Source: Omnitrophica WOR_2 bacterium GWF2_43_52 (lineage in GTDB: Bacteria > Omnitrophota > Gorgyraeia > Gygaellales > UBA12090). Taken from it: a stretch of DNA of 64,000 bases. Below, one piece after another: positions 47,496-57,166 of this stretch (the first letter of the stretch is position 1; the number at the start of each line of letters is the position of its first letter). The stretch lies in assembly GCA_001805445.1 (NCBI GenBank), contig MHGF01000022.1, forward strand, positions 74,613-138,612, in the 5' to 3' direction. Both the position numbers and the translations under genes were made by a program. Below the pieces are notes generated by a model. The model ran no database searches, was not told where the DNA came from, and worked only from the letters and a program-made list of their open reading frames with translations.

Positions 47496-49064
47496 TTAAT
47501 GTTTGAAGTGCCTTAGCCCGGTAAATACCATAGAGATCTTATGCTGATCAGCGGTTTTGATAATCTGTTCGTCAGCAATTGAACCGCCGGGCTGGATTAT
47601 CGCGGCAATCCGGTATTTTGCCGCTAACTGTACCGCGTCTTCTTTGGGAAAAAACGCGTCTGAGGCAAGGACTGATCCTGCGGTATGAATATCTGCTTTT
47701 CTGGTTGCGATAAATACTGAATCTACCCGAGACATCTGCCCCGCGCCGATGCCAACGGTTTTTTTCCCTTTGGCTAAAATAATCGCGTTAGACTTGGTAT
47801 GCTTGGCCACTTTCCAGGCAAAAATCAGGGATTCCATTTCTTTGGCAGTGGGTTTTTGCTTGGTCACCACTTTGAGATTTTTTTCATCCAAGGTAAGCGC
47901 ATCTTCATCTTGCACCAAGAGGCCGCCTGAAATCCGCTTGAAATCCAGCTGTAGTAAGTTTTCCCGCAATGAAGGCAACTCTAAAAGCCGCACATTTTTC
48001 TTTTCCTTTAATACGCTCAGCGCCTCTAAACTGAACCTGGGAGAAACAACACATTCCAGAAAACCACTTTTTGCAATTAATTTTGATAAGGATAAATCTA
48101 TTTCCCTGTTTACAGCGACAATCCCGCCGAAAGCTGAAAGTTTATCGCACGCCCATGCCTGACGGTACGCCTTAAGCACATCGTCGTTTTCTGCCACACC
48201 GCAGGGATTATTATGTTTGATAAAAACTGCCGCCGGTAAACTAAATTCCTTGACGATATTAACCGCGGCATTTAAATCTAAAATATTGTTAAAAGAAAGC
48301 TCCTTGCCCCAAAGCTGTTTCATTGCCGCGAGGCCCTTTGTTTCATTTCCATCGCGGTAAAACGCGGCTTTCTGGTGCGGATTTTCGCCGTAACGTAAAT
48401 CCTGGATCTTGACAAAATTGAGGCCTACACAATGGGGAAACCCGTGTGTAGTGCTATCTTTTTCTAAAATATGCGCCTTTAGGTAACGATGTATAGCCGC
48501 GTCATAATGGCTGGTTTCCTTAAACACCTCTATACCTAATTCTTGAAGCGTTTTTTCAGAAAGGCTACCCTTGTTTTCTTTTAATTCGGTTACAATTGAG
48601 GAATAACGGCTCGTAGTACAGACGACGGCAACAGACCGGTGATTCTTGGCCGCTGAACGCAGCATACTTGGGCCGCCGATATCAATATTTTCAATTACTT
48701 CCTCTATTGAAACACCCGGCTTCTGGGTTGTTTTTTCAAAAGGATACAAATTTACCACCACCATATCAATAAGCCCGATCTTATGCTCTTTCAAGCTTTC
48801 CATATGCTTAGGGTTATCCCGAAGCGCAAGCAAACCTCCATGAATCTTTGGATGCAGCGTCTTTACTCTTCCGTCGAGCATTTCGGGAAATCCTGTGTAA
48901 TCAGAGACCTCTATCACCGGTATTTTCGCCTCCCGCAATGCCTTGGCGGTTCCGCCGGTAGATAAAATCTCAACCCCTAAAGTATGCAACTCTAACGCAA
49001 AATCCACAATTCCGGCTTTATCCGAAACACTAATCAACGCGCGTTTAATTTTTACCATTTTCAC
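47496..49064 (-). CDS. purH: bifunctional AICAR formyltransferase / IMP cyclohydrolase
   Basis: 522 aa. The MGS-like N-domain (RALISVSDKAG) and AICARFT C-domain are colinear with PurH. GTG start at 49064, or ATG two codons downstream. Confidence 0.9.
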   Translation of the reverse strand: MKMVKIKRALISVSDKAGIVDFALELHTLGVEILSTGGTAKALREAKIPVIEVSDYTGFPEMLDGRVKTLHPKIHGGLLALRDNPKHMESLKEHKIGLIDMVVVNLYPFEKTTQKPGVSIEEVIENIDIGGPSMLRSAAKNHRSVAVVCTTSRYSSIVTELKENKGSLSEKTLQELGIEVFKETSHYDAAIHRYLKAHILEKDSTTHGFPHCVGLNFVKIQDLRYGENPHQKAAFYRDGNETKGLAAMKQLWGKELSFNNILDLNAAVNIVKEFSLPAAVFIKHNNPCGVAENDDVLKAYRQAWACDKLSAFGGIVAVNREIDLSLSKLIAKSGFLECVVSPRFSLEALSVLKEKKNVRLLELPSLRENLLQLDFKRISGGLLVQDEDALTLDEKNLKVVTKQKPTAKEMESLIFAWKVAKHTKSNAIILAKGKKTVGIGAGQMSRVDSVFIATRKADIHTAGSVLASDAFFPKEDAVQLAAKYRIAAIIQPGGSIADEQIIKTADQHKISMVFTGLRHFKH

Positions 49065-49084
49065 CCTCTCATAGTTATTGAATG

Positions 49085-49285
49085 ACGCAAGCTCAACAAT
49101 TCTTTTAGAGCGAGCTTAAGGAGCGCAGGAGCTGTTTATGAGGCCGCAGCGAAAAGCAGGGGGACACGGAAACTGACCGAGCCCGCCGAAGGCGGGGCGA
49201 GGGAATTTCCGAGGGGGCTCCGCCCGCTTTGAGCAAGGCCGAATGCTCCGAGCACCGCGCGAGCGAAAAATAATTGTTGAGCTTT
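49085..49285. repeat. ~200-bp GC-rich element bounded by 13-bp inverted termini (aagctcaacaatt ... aattgttgagctt) in the purH leader; MITE-like or structured RNA
   Basis: Terminal inverted repeats read directly. The interior contains several GC-rich stem-loops, for example gagcccgccgaaggcggggcgag. Confidence 0.45.
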
Positions 49286-49302
49286 TATTCCCACGACCAA
49301 TT

Positions 49303-49995
49303 TTACGTCCTCACATTCAGCGTATCTCCATCCTTCATCACATATTCTCTACCCTCAAGATGCATATACTGTTTTGCCTGGGCTAAACCTCCTGCCTTCA
49401 CCACATCCTCATAACCGATAATCTCAGCCTTAATAAACTTCTGCTGGATAGCCGAATGAATCGCTCCGGCCGCGTCATAAGCGGTCGCGCCTTTTTTTAT
49501 GGGCCAGGCCTTAAGTTCCTTGTCTTTTGCCCCGGTAATAAAGCAAATCATCCCAAAGGCGTAAAAACTTTCAAACATTATATCCTGTGCCGGTTTATTT
49601 TCATTTTTATCCACAAAAAGTGTCGGCTTTATGCTTACCAGGTTATAATTAAGCAGTAATTTCCTTTCCTCTTCGCTAAAGTTTTCTTCTATCAGGCATT
49701 TATTCTTGTCTAAAATATCTTTGAGGCGCAGAATAAAGCTTTTATCTTCCCCCTCTTTGAGGCGCTCAAGACGGTTTTCTACCATCTCTATATCCTGAAT
49801 AATCAAATCTAATTTCGCCTCTTTTTCGCAAATAATCCCATCAGCATCCTTAACCCTTGAGCCGTCAAAATATTCATTAGTGATATACGTGGTCTTGGAA
49901 GGTTTGATCAGGGGCTCCAGGATATCCAAACGCCCATCAACCATGTTTTTCTTACCTAACGGAAACTCGGACAATCCAATAACAGATATTTTCAT
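49303..49995 (-). CDS. YchF-like protein with degenerate or truncated G-domain and intact C-terminal TGS domain
   Basis: 230 aa, versus ~363 for canonical YchF. The P-loop position reads GLSEFPLGKK instead of GLPNVGKST. The C-terminal GAKDKELKAWPIKKGATAYDAAGAIHS..FIKAEII.YED......EGREYVMKDGD aligns to the YchF TGS domain. Confidence 0.6.
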   Translation of the reverse strand: MKISVIGLSEFPLGKKNMVDGRLDILEPLIKPSKTTYITNEYFDGSRVKDADGIICEKEAKLDLIIQDIEMVENRLERLKEGEDKSFILRLKDILDKNKCLIEENFSEEERKLLLNYNLVSIKPTLFVDKNENKPAQDIMFESFYAFGMICFITGAKDKELKAWPIKKGATAYDAAGAIHSAIQQKFIKAEIIGYEDVVKAGGLAQAKQYMHLEGREYVMKDGDTLNVRT

Positions 49996-50217
49996 TCTTT
50001 CCTTTCTTCGTAATGAAATAGCACATCGATACTTATGTTTCTACTCAAATAACGCACTCGATCCTGTTGTCGCACACACTGGACTTTTCCATAATTTTGA
50101 CAGGCACTATCATGGGAGTGTATTTTACCACAAAAGAGAGGCTTTGGAACTCAAATTTTCTTATATTGACGCTCCGAGATTACGGTGGTATAAATAAAAC
50201 AACGTAGCAGCCACAAT

Positions 50218-50240
50218 AATAAAAAACGAATTCGTGTATT
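50218..50240. repeat. single palindromic ACGAATTCGTGT half-site pair upstream of the lipoprotein gene
   Basis: aacgaattcgtgtattc is read directly. Confidence 0.35.
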
Positions 50241-50253
50241 CATGGTTAGCAGA

Positions 50254-50625
50254 ATGAAAAAAAGGTTAGCCGCACTACTTCTTTGTCTTGCTATTCTTTC
50301 TCCTCTTGCTTGTAAAAAAGCTACTAAAACTGATTTTGATAATAAAAATAACGCGCATTTTCAATCGGAATACAAAAATTACAAAGGATTTACTATCCCC
50401 ACCGAATGGATTGACAGGCAACCTTCATCTAAAGAGAAGTCTCTACAGATATACGAAGGAGACTCATTTGATAAAGCAATAGATCTTCTGGGAATACCCT
50501 TTCAAGATTCAGGAAAAGATAAAAACATTTGGCATTACAGATTAGACGACGGGACTTATGTACAGCTCATCGGAACAGAAAAGATAGAAAAAATAGTAAG
50601 ATTCACCGACAAAGATATTAAATAA
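50254..50625 (+). CDS. small lipoprotein, function unknown
   Basis: Signal peptide MKKRLAALLLCLAILSPLAC with a lipobox-like LAC. The start is M at 50254, or 50242 in the track. Confidence 0.5.
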   Translation: MKKRLAALLLCLAILSPLACKKATKTDFDNKNNAHFQSEYKNYKGFTIPTEWIDRQPSSKEKSLQIYEGDSFDKAIDLLGIPFQDSGKDKNIWHYRLDDGTYVQLIGTEKIEKIVRFTDKDIK

Positions 50626-50725
50626 AACCTGCTTTTGTATTGAGCCCCATCTTAAATTTATTTTTGTAAATAGGGACACGCCCCAATTTTTAACGATGTA
50701 ATGCACTTAAAGTTGGGAGGTGCCC

Positions 50726-51889
50726 CTATTTTTTTGTTTTGGCTTCCTTGACAAAGATTAAGAAGATAAGCGAGATAATGGTAAGGGTAAGAGATAGATA
50801 GAAAGGGCTTACGATGCTCACTTTATCCCAGAGCAGGCCGGCGATAAGCGAAGCGGGCAGGGCAGAGAGGCCTATCACCATCTGAAATGCCCCTAAACTG
50901 CTTGCCTTATAATCTTGTGGGGCAAGTTCGGAAACAAAGGTCTTTTGCACCGGCTCCAAAGCTGCCTTGTGCAGGCCGTATAACACAAATACCAGGACAA
51001 TCGCGGTATGCGCCTTAGAAAAGATAGCAATCAAGCACACCGCTATCCATAAACTATAGGCAACCACTAATACCGCTTTTCTTCCTATGCGGTCGGAAAG
51101 CCTGCCAAAAGGAAGAGAAAATATCGCCGCAAAAATGGTAAATAGTAAATACAACACCGGCACCGCGGCTATACTAAATCCGCATTTTTTGGCATAGATA
51201 AGCAAAAACGAATAACTAAAAGAGCCAAGGGCAAAGATGGCGTTTAAGAAAAGAAATAGCCTAAAATTCCTATCCAGATGTTTTACGGTAAGGCCTTTAT
51301 AAATCTTTGTATCAGAAACCTTTTGTTCTTTGATAAAGAGAAAAATTATAAGTGCTCCGATAAGAGATGGAATTGCCGCCAGAAGAAACAGCTTTCTATA
51401 TCCTAAGATATTTAAAAATACAATGCTCACGACAATCCCGCAGACCGCGCCAAAATTATCCATTGCCCGCAGTAAACCAAAATTGTAGCCCCTGTTTTCT
51501 TTAGTGGAAATATCGGCAACAATGGCGTCTCGGGGGGCACTGCGTATTTTTCCTGCCCTATCTAAAATCCTAAAAGGTATCAAATGCTGCCATATGCCTG
51601 ATATGCTATAGCCTATCCTTGAAGCTCCGCCGCACAAATATCCTATCCAGACAAAAACCTTTCTTTTGCGTATCCTGTCTGAAACATAGCCGGAAGCTGC
51701 CTGCGATAGAGATACTAAGGCCTCCCCCAAGCCGTCCAAAAGCCCCAAGACCGCCATATTCGCCCCTAATACCGAAGTAACAAACATCGGCCAGATAGGA
51801 TAAATAATATCTGAACCTAAATCATTCAAGAATGAGGCTAAGGCGAAAATCCTGACCGTTTTTTTTGTTTCTTTAGGCTCCATACTCAT
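50726..51889 (-). CDS. MFS transporter
   Basis: 387 aa with ~12 TM helices. The G..SDR.GRK motif sits between TM2 and TM3. Confidence 0.8.
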   Translation of the reverse strand: MSMEPKETKKTVRIFALASFLNDLGSDIIYPIWPMFVTSVLGANMAVLGLLDGLGEALVSLSQAASGYVSDRIRKRKVFVWIGYLCGGASRIGYSISGIWQHLIPFRILDRAGKIRSAPRDAIVADISTKENRGYNFGLLRAMDNFGAVCGIVVSIVFLNILGYRKLFLLAAIPSLIGALIIFLFIKEQKVSDTKIYKGLTVKHLDRNFRLFLFLNAIFALGSFSYSFLLIYAKKCGFSIAAVPVLYLLFTIFAAIFSLPFGRLSDRIGRKAVLVVAYSLWIAVCLIAIFSKAHTAIVLVFVLYGLHKAALEPVQKTFVSELAPQDYKASSLGAFQMVIGLSALPASLIAGLLWDKVSIVSPFYLSLTLTIISLIFLIFVKEAKTKK

Positions 51890-51949
51890 AATAAAAAATG
51901 GGCTAGAGTTATCCCTGCTTTTCTAGCCCATTTTCTGTTATATACGTTA

Positions 51950-53101
51950 TTATTCGATATACGTATAAATCTTCCCGCGGTAGTTGCGTAAGACATACTT
52001 TCCTTTTGCCTGAGAAAGCATATAATTCGGGCTTACGGGGATTTTTCCACCGCCGCCGGGGCCGTCAATGACAAAAGTAGGAACGGCATACCCTGAGGTA
52101 TGGCCCCTGAGCTTTTCTATAATGTTTATTCCTGTAGCCACAGGCGTCCTAAAATGCGCGGTGCCTTTTACAGGATCACACTGGTAAATATAATACGGCC
52201 GCACCCTGATTTCTAAAAGCTCGTGCATTAACCGTTTCATAATATACGGTTTGTCGTTAATACCTTTTAAAAGCACAGTCTGGCTGCCCATAGGGAAACC
52301 GTTATCTGCCAACATATCACAGGCAAGCTTTGTGCGCTTATTGATTTCTTTAGGATGATTGAAATGGATGCTCAGCCAAATAGGCGAATATTTCTTAAGC
52401 ATTCTGACAAAATCCTCGGTTATTCTCTGGGGCAGGCTTACCGGAATGCGCGTTCCGATACGCAACAACTCCACATGAGAAATAGCACGAAGATTCTTCA
52501 GGATTTCCTCCAGGTTCTCATCCTCAAGCATAAAGGGGTCGCCGCCTGAAATAAGCACATCGCGTATTTTGCGGTTTGCCTTGATATACTCAAATGCTTG
52601 ATCAAACTTGGAAGGAGCGGCAACTGCCGATTTATCGCCAACAAGCCTGCGCCGCGTGCAATGGCGGCAATATGCCGCGCAGCTTTCGGTAGCCAAAAAC
52701 AATACCCTGTCCGGATAACGGTGCACAAGCCCGGGGACAGGAGAATCCCTGTCCTCCGCGCAAGGGTCAGACATCTCATGCGGGCTATTCTGAAATTCAA
52801 GGCCTAAGGAGACAAATTGCCTGCGGATGGGGCAATTAGGGTCATTAGGGTCCATCAACGTTGCCAAATGCGGAGTGATAGCAAGCCCAAGCTTCCCGCT
52901 TGATTTCTTAATTCCCAGCTCTTCCTCTTTTGTTAAATTGATTACCTTGGCAAGCGCCTCCTTGGTGCGGATTCTGTTACGCATCTGCCAATGCCAATCT
53001 TCCCAGTCCAAAGGATTCACGTCTTTAAAAAGCTCAATATCATGATAATCAACACCCGTGCGCCTGGTAACATGGTTATTTGATAAAAAGGGCAATGCCA
53101 A
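51950..53101 (-). CDS. KamA family radical SAM aminomutase (lysine 2,3-aminomutase-like)
   Basis: 383 aa. The CAAYCRHCTRRR cluster motif and GGDPFML are typical of the KamA/EpmB family. Unusual TTG start with an AAGGAGG about 47 nt upstream, so the start is uncertain. Confidence 0.8.
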   Translation of the reverse strand: MALPFLSNNHVTRRTGVDYHDIELFKDVNPLDWEDWHWQMRNRIRTKEALAKVINLTKEEELGIKKSSGKLGLAITPHLATLMDPNDPNCPIRRQFVSLGLEFQNSPHEMSDPCAEDRDSPVPGLVHRYPDRVLFLATESCAAYCRHCTRRRLVGDKSAVAAPSKFDQAFEYIKANRKIRDVLISGGDPFMLEDENLEEILKNLRAISHVELLRIGTRIPVSLPQRITEDFVRMLKKYSPIWLSIHFNHPKEINKRTKLACDMLADNGFPMGSQTVLLKGINDKPYIMKRLMHELLEIRVRPYYIYQCDPVKGTAHFRTPVATGINIIEKLRGHTSGYAVPTFVIDGPGGGGKIPVSPNYMLSQAKGKYVLRNYRGKIYTYIE

Positions 53102-53393
53102 CTGGTATTTAAGTTTTTCAGCTACAAGTGTATTATTCAGTGTACACCTCCTTGTATAATATATGTAATTAACTATGTTACATGCGGGGATTAGGTGATT
53201 AGGGGATCGGGATTTGAGGATTGGGATATCAGGATATTGGGAACAAAATCCCGGTCTTTCCCCTAATTCCCCAGTCTCCTAATCTCCTCCCGCCCACGGC
53301 GGGATCCCGCTTCATCCAAGACTATAGCGGGAAAACCCTAATTTCCTAATACCCTGGTGTCCCTGCCTGCGGCAGGCAGGCGCACCCCCCCTT

Positions 53394-53436
53394 TAGTGCA
53401 CTAATAATTCTTAGAAACTAATTTCATAGTGCACTA
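53394..53436. promoter_or_regulatory. two copies of the perfect 10-bp palindrome TAGTGCACTA spaced 33 bp apart (candidate dimeric-regulator operator) in the 350-bp leader upstream of the KamA gene
   Basis: Palindromes at 53394-53403 and 53427-53436, read directly. Confidence 0.4.
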
Positions 53437-53451
53437 GTATTTGCGTAACCG

Positions 53452-54522
53452 TTATGGCGTAGTTTTACGTAATATGCCTCGTTGTTCGGCGTAGTCAACC
53501 GAACAGACATCTTTTTTCAACCCATATCTTTCTAACGCGCCATGCAATACTGTTTTAATCAAATCTGGGTATCCCATGCCTGCTGCGCGGCTCATCACCG
53601 GAAAATTCGATTCTTTCGGGTCAAGGCCGGGCAGAGGATTCACTTCTAAGACATACGGAATATTATCATGGCTTAACCGGATATCGGTCCGGGATATATC
53701 ATAGCATCCCAGAGCCTTGTGGGCGCGCAGCGCCACTTCTTTTATTGTATCCGTAGTTTCTTCAGACAGCCTCGCGGGGCAATAAAAATGCGGGACACAT
53801 CCCATTTCCTTATTTCCCTGAAATTCCTTCATCTTCCAGGAATAAAAAAACTCCCCACTGGCATGGCAATTAGAAAAATCGACCTCTAATATAGGCAGCG
53901 CGATTGCTTTCGCGTTACCTAATACCCCCACCGTTATTTCTTTTCCTTCAATAAATTCCTCAACCAATGCCTCATGCTTGTACGTTTCTAATGTCCGTTC
54001 TATTTGCCTGCGAAGATCTTCTTTGGTATAAACAACGCTTGAAACGCTGATACCTTTTCCCGAACCTTCACAGTTTGGCTTAACGATTAAAGGGAATTTG
54101 AGCTTGGGGTTGAGGGATGTATGTAAAGAATCAAATATCTGAAAACGCGGGGTAGGTATATTTTCCGCCATAAAGACCCGTTTTGCCATGGCTTTATCTA
54201 ACGCTAATGCGAGCGCGAAAGGGCCTGAACCTGTATACGGAATTCTAAAAAAATCAAGCAGCGCGGGGACCTCGGATTCCCTGAATTTAGAATCAGAGCC
54301 CTCGGCAATATTAAAGACAAAGTCTACAGAATTATTTTGAAAAAAGGAGAGGAGCTGTTTAGGGTTATTCGCTTCAACTAAAACAACTTCATGGCCCAGG
54401 TTTTTTATGGCCGCGGCAATACTTAAGACCGTCTCCTCGGAATCAAATTCCGAATAATAATCGGGAGGCTTATCAGAGGCCTTATCTTTCTTTTTTATAC
54501 TACAGGTAAGGGCTATCTTCAT
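53452..54522 (-). CDS. D-alanine--D-alanine ligase family ATP-grasp enzyme (paralog 2)
   Basis: 356 aa. Ddl-like N-domain, ATP-grasp core and C-terminal EVNPLPGL motif. Tandem with a second paralog. Confidence 0.7.
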   Translation of the reverse strand: MKIALTCSIKKKDKASDKPPDYYSEFDSEETVLSIAAAIKNLGHEVVLVEANNPKQLLSFFQNNSVDFVFNIAEGSDSKFRESEVPALLDFFRIPYTGSGPFALALALDKAMAKRVFMAENIPTPRFQIFDSLHTSLNPKLKFPLIVKPNCEGSGKGISVSSVVYTKEDLRRQIERTLETYKHEALVEEFIEGKEITVGVLGNAKAIALPILEVDFSNCHASGEFFYSWKMKEFQGNKEMGCVPHFYCPARLSEETTDTIKEVALRAHKALGCYDISRTDIRLSHDNIPYVLEVNPLPGLDPKESNFPVMSRAAGMGYPDLIKTVLHGALERYGLKKDVCSVDYAEQRGILRKTTP

Positions 54523-55518
54523 TTAGTTCATACCGTAGCGCGAAAACGCGGCATCAATGATACGCTTAATCATTTCCGCGTACGGCACCTTGAGGTAATT
54601 GGCAATACACATAAAGACATCTTCCCCGGACAAGCTCGGTAGAGGATTAATCTCCAAGACATACGGCTCATTATCCGCGGTTACCCGGAAATCGACTCTT
54701 CCGAAATCGCGGCAGTCAATTGCCTTATAGGTGCGTAAAGCCAAGCTTTTAAGTTTACGTTCTAAAGATTTATCTATCGCGGGAGAACAGACGTACTCCA
54801 GGCGGTTAGAATGGATTCTGGTAAACGTATAGAATTTATCACCCAGTTTTAATTTTCCGTCAATCTTTATCTGTACCGGAGGCAACACTTCAGGATTATG
54901 ATTGCCTATTATGGCTACGGTGTACTCGGTGCCCGGGATAAATTCTTCAATGATCGCTGCCTGGCGATAGGTTTTGACGATATAGGCTATTTGTCTTTCG
55001 AGCGCGTCAACAGTTTTGACACGCGATTTTTCGCTCAAACCTTTTGAAGAACCTTCATAGCGCGGTTTAACGATTAAAGGGAATTTCATCTTTTTCATCT
55101 TGGCGACAGTGTCGCTAACGCTCTCTGTTTCAAAAAATCTTGGTGTAGGAATCCCTTCCGCTGCAAGAATCCGCTTTGTTATCGCCTTATCCAAACTGAT
55201 TCCAAGCGTCAGGGCATCAGAACCAACACAAGGAATACCTTTCATTTCGAGAATTAGCGGCACCTGAGATTCCCTGTTCCTGCCGGCTTTACCTTCGGCA
55301 ATATTAAAAACTATATCGACGTTCAGATGGCCTATTTTCTTCAGAAGATTATCGACATTACCGATTTTTACTACCGTATAGCCCAGCGATTCTATTGTCT
55401 GGGCAATCAGATTAACAGTAAGAGGATGATCGAATTCGGCATTGGCATCCGGAGGATCGCTATCTTTTAATTTATACTCTGTCCTTAAATCGTAGGTTAA
55501 GCCGATTTTTCTCTTCAT
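54523..55518 (-). CDS. D-alanine--D-alanine ligase family ATP-grasp enzyme (paralog 1)
   Basis: 331 aa. Same architecture, with EINPLPSL. The stop abuts the paralog 2 start. Confidence 0.7.
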   Translation of the reverse strand: MKRKIGLTYDLRTEYKLKDSDPPDANAEFDHPLTVNLIAQTIESLGYTVVKIGNVDNLLKKIGHLNVDIVFNIAEGKAGRNRESQVPLILEMKGIPCVGSDALTLGISLDKAITKRILAAEGIPTPRFFETESVSDTVAKMKKMKFPLIVKPRYEGSSKGLSEKSRVKTVDALERQIAYIVKTYRQAAIIEEFIPGTEYTVAIIGNHNPEVLPPVQIKIDGKLKLGDKFYTFTRIHSNRLEYVCSPAIDKSLERKLKSLALRTYKAIDCRDFGRVDFRVTADNEPYVLEINPLPSLSGEDVFMCIANYLKVPYAEMIKRIIDAAFSRYGMN

Positions 55519-55835
55519 ATAGATTTAGTGCTCCGTGACATAACTTTCTGCTAATTTATGATGTAGTAGTGCATCAACAAAAAAGAGACACAGTGTACTC
55601 CTTTGTGTCTCTTTGCGTTATCTCATTTTTGATTGCGAAATCCCGTCCTCCCTAAAAAACTCTTTTTTTTACGCATCTACATATTGTGTTACTATCATTT
55701 TTTTAGCACAACATATTCGTATTGTCAAGAAAAAAATCACTCTTTCGAAGAGCTTTTTTATTCATTGTCGGGCCAGGAGCTGTTTCCTGATGCTCTTTTT
55801 AAAAGAATCTCGCGCAGAGCAGTCTACTACCACAG

Positions 55836-56459
55836 CTAGGCCTGCGACAAAAAATACGTTAAATTAAAAAGTTCCGTTGACAAATCCACGTTGCGCAATT
55901 TCACAGCCGCAGGCGCTGCCAAAGTTATCGGAGCAAAATTCAGTATCGCTTTTATACCGCACTGTGTCAATTGTTCCATAACCGCTTGCGCCGCGTTAAC
56001 CGGCGTCGCGATAATAGCTATTTCTATAGTAAGGGATTTCACTATTTTTTTCATGTCTTCTAAAGGATAAATCGTTACTCCGCCCTTTTTCTTATCGAAT
56101 TTCTTGGGGTCGACATCAAAACAAGCAACGATAGTAAGGTTTTGCTCTTTGAAACCTTTGTAGGTTAAAAGCGCCGAACCAAGGTTACCCGCGCCGCAGA
56201 CACAGACATTCCAGCTTTTATTTAACCCTAATATCTGGCTAAGCTTATTTTTCAAGCTATCAATGGAATATCCGACTCCGCGCCTGCCAAACTGCCCGAA
56301 ATACCAGAGGTCTCGGCGCAATTGATCTGAACTAATGGTTAGTTCCCGGGCTAAATCCTGCGACGATATCGTGGTAGTAGTCCTCGTCTTAGACAATTCC
56401 TGCAAGGTGCGTAAATATAAGGCCAAACGGCTTATAGTATCCTTAGATGGCTTTTTCAT
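55836..56459 (-). CDS. rex: redox-sensing transcriptional repressor Rex
   Basis: 207 aa. N-terminal wHTH (RLALYLRTL), Rossmann GxGxxG (VCVCGAGNLGSAL) and overall Rex colinearity. Confidence 0.85.
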   Translation of the reverse strand: MKKPSKDTISRLALYLRTLQELSKTRTTTTISSQDLARELTISSDQLRRDLWYFGQFGRRGVGYSIDSLKNKLSQILGLNKSWNVCVCGAGNLGSALLTYKGFKEQNLTIVACFDVDPKKFDKKKGGVTIYPLEDMKKIVKSLTIEIAIIATPVNAAQAVMEQLTQCGIKAILNFAPITLAAPAAVKLRNVDLSTELFNLTYFLSQA

Positions 56460-56506
56460 ACGTCAATAGCTTGATAAACAACACTGATTACAAAAAATTT
56501 CCGCGC

Positions 56507-57166
56507 TCATCGGTGTTTCACAACCCCTCTGCGCGGGCAATATTTTCTAATAGCACACACACTGCATAATGGCGATACGGGTTTGCATACATTTTGTCCC
56601 CAGGTAACTAAGAGTTTATTATATTCTATCCAATGCCTTTTTGGCAATCTATTTCTCAAACACATCTCTGTTTTTTCCGGAGTCTTAGTCCTGCAAAAAC
56701 CTAAACGGTTGGTTATCCTATGCACATGGGTATCGACACATATCCCCAATTTCCCAAAGCCTTCGGTCATGACTAAATTAGCGGTTTTTCTCCCTACCCC
56801 TTTCAAACGTAAAAGCCCTTCTAAGGTATCCGGCACTGCTGAAGAAAATTGTCCTGTCAATACCTTACAGATATCCTTAATCCTTTTTGCTTTGGTATGG
56901 TAAAAACCGACGGGATAGATCGCCTTTTCTATCTGCCTTTTTGTAAGCCTCAGTATCTGAGAAGGAGTTTTTGCCAATGCAAAGAGGCGGCGGGACGCAT
57001 CTTGCGTCGTTTTGTCTTTTGTGCGTAAACTCAAAATACACGATATAAGCACAAAAAATGCTCCGCGATATTCTTTGGATATTTGGCTTACTGAGGGAAG
57101 GTTAAAATGAAAGGTTTCCCTTTCTAAAATACCGATAATCGCATCAAGCTTTTTTTCTTCTTTCAC
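56507..57166 (-). CDS. nth: endonuclease III (HhH-GPD base-excision glycosylase with [4Fe-4S] cluster)
   Basis: 219 aa. HhH-GPD motif LKGVGRKTANLV and C-terminal C-x6-C-x2-C-x5-C (CKPVSPLCSVCAIRKYC). Confidence 0.85.
   Translation of the reverse strand: MKEEKKLDAIIGILERETFHFNLPSVSQISKEYRGAFFVLISCILSLRTKDKTTQDASRRLFALAKTPSQILRLTKRQIEKAIYPVGFYHTKAKRIKDICKVLTGQFSSAVPDTLEGLLRLKGVGRKTANLVMTEGFGKLGICVDTHVHRITNRLGFCRTKTPEKTEMCLRNRLPKRHWIEYNKLLVTWGQNVCKPVSPLCSVCAIRKYCPRRGVVKHR

Noticed and set aside
49065-49302. ZTP (pfl) or THF riboswitch upstream of purH
   Set aside because: Reverse-complement inspection did not show the conserved ZTP segments (UGGCG…ACCGGG…CCGCCUGGGCA pseudoknot). The region is better described as a TIR-bounded GC-rich element. 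An Infernal scan would be decisive.
53170-53350. Telomere-like TTAGGG repeats
   Set aside because: Only short, interrupted copies embedded in an imperfect inverted repeat within a bacterial operon leader. Almost certainly coincidental, or part of a structured leader.
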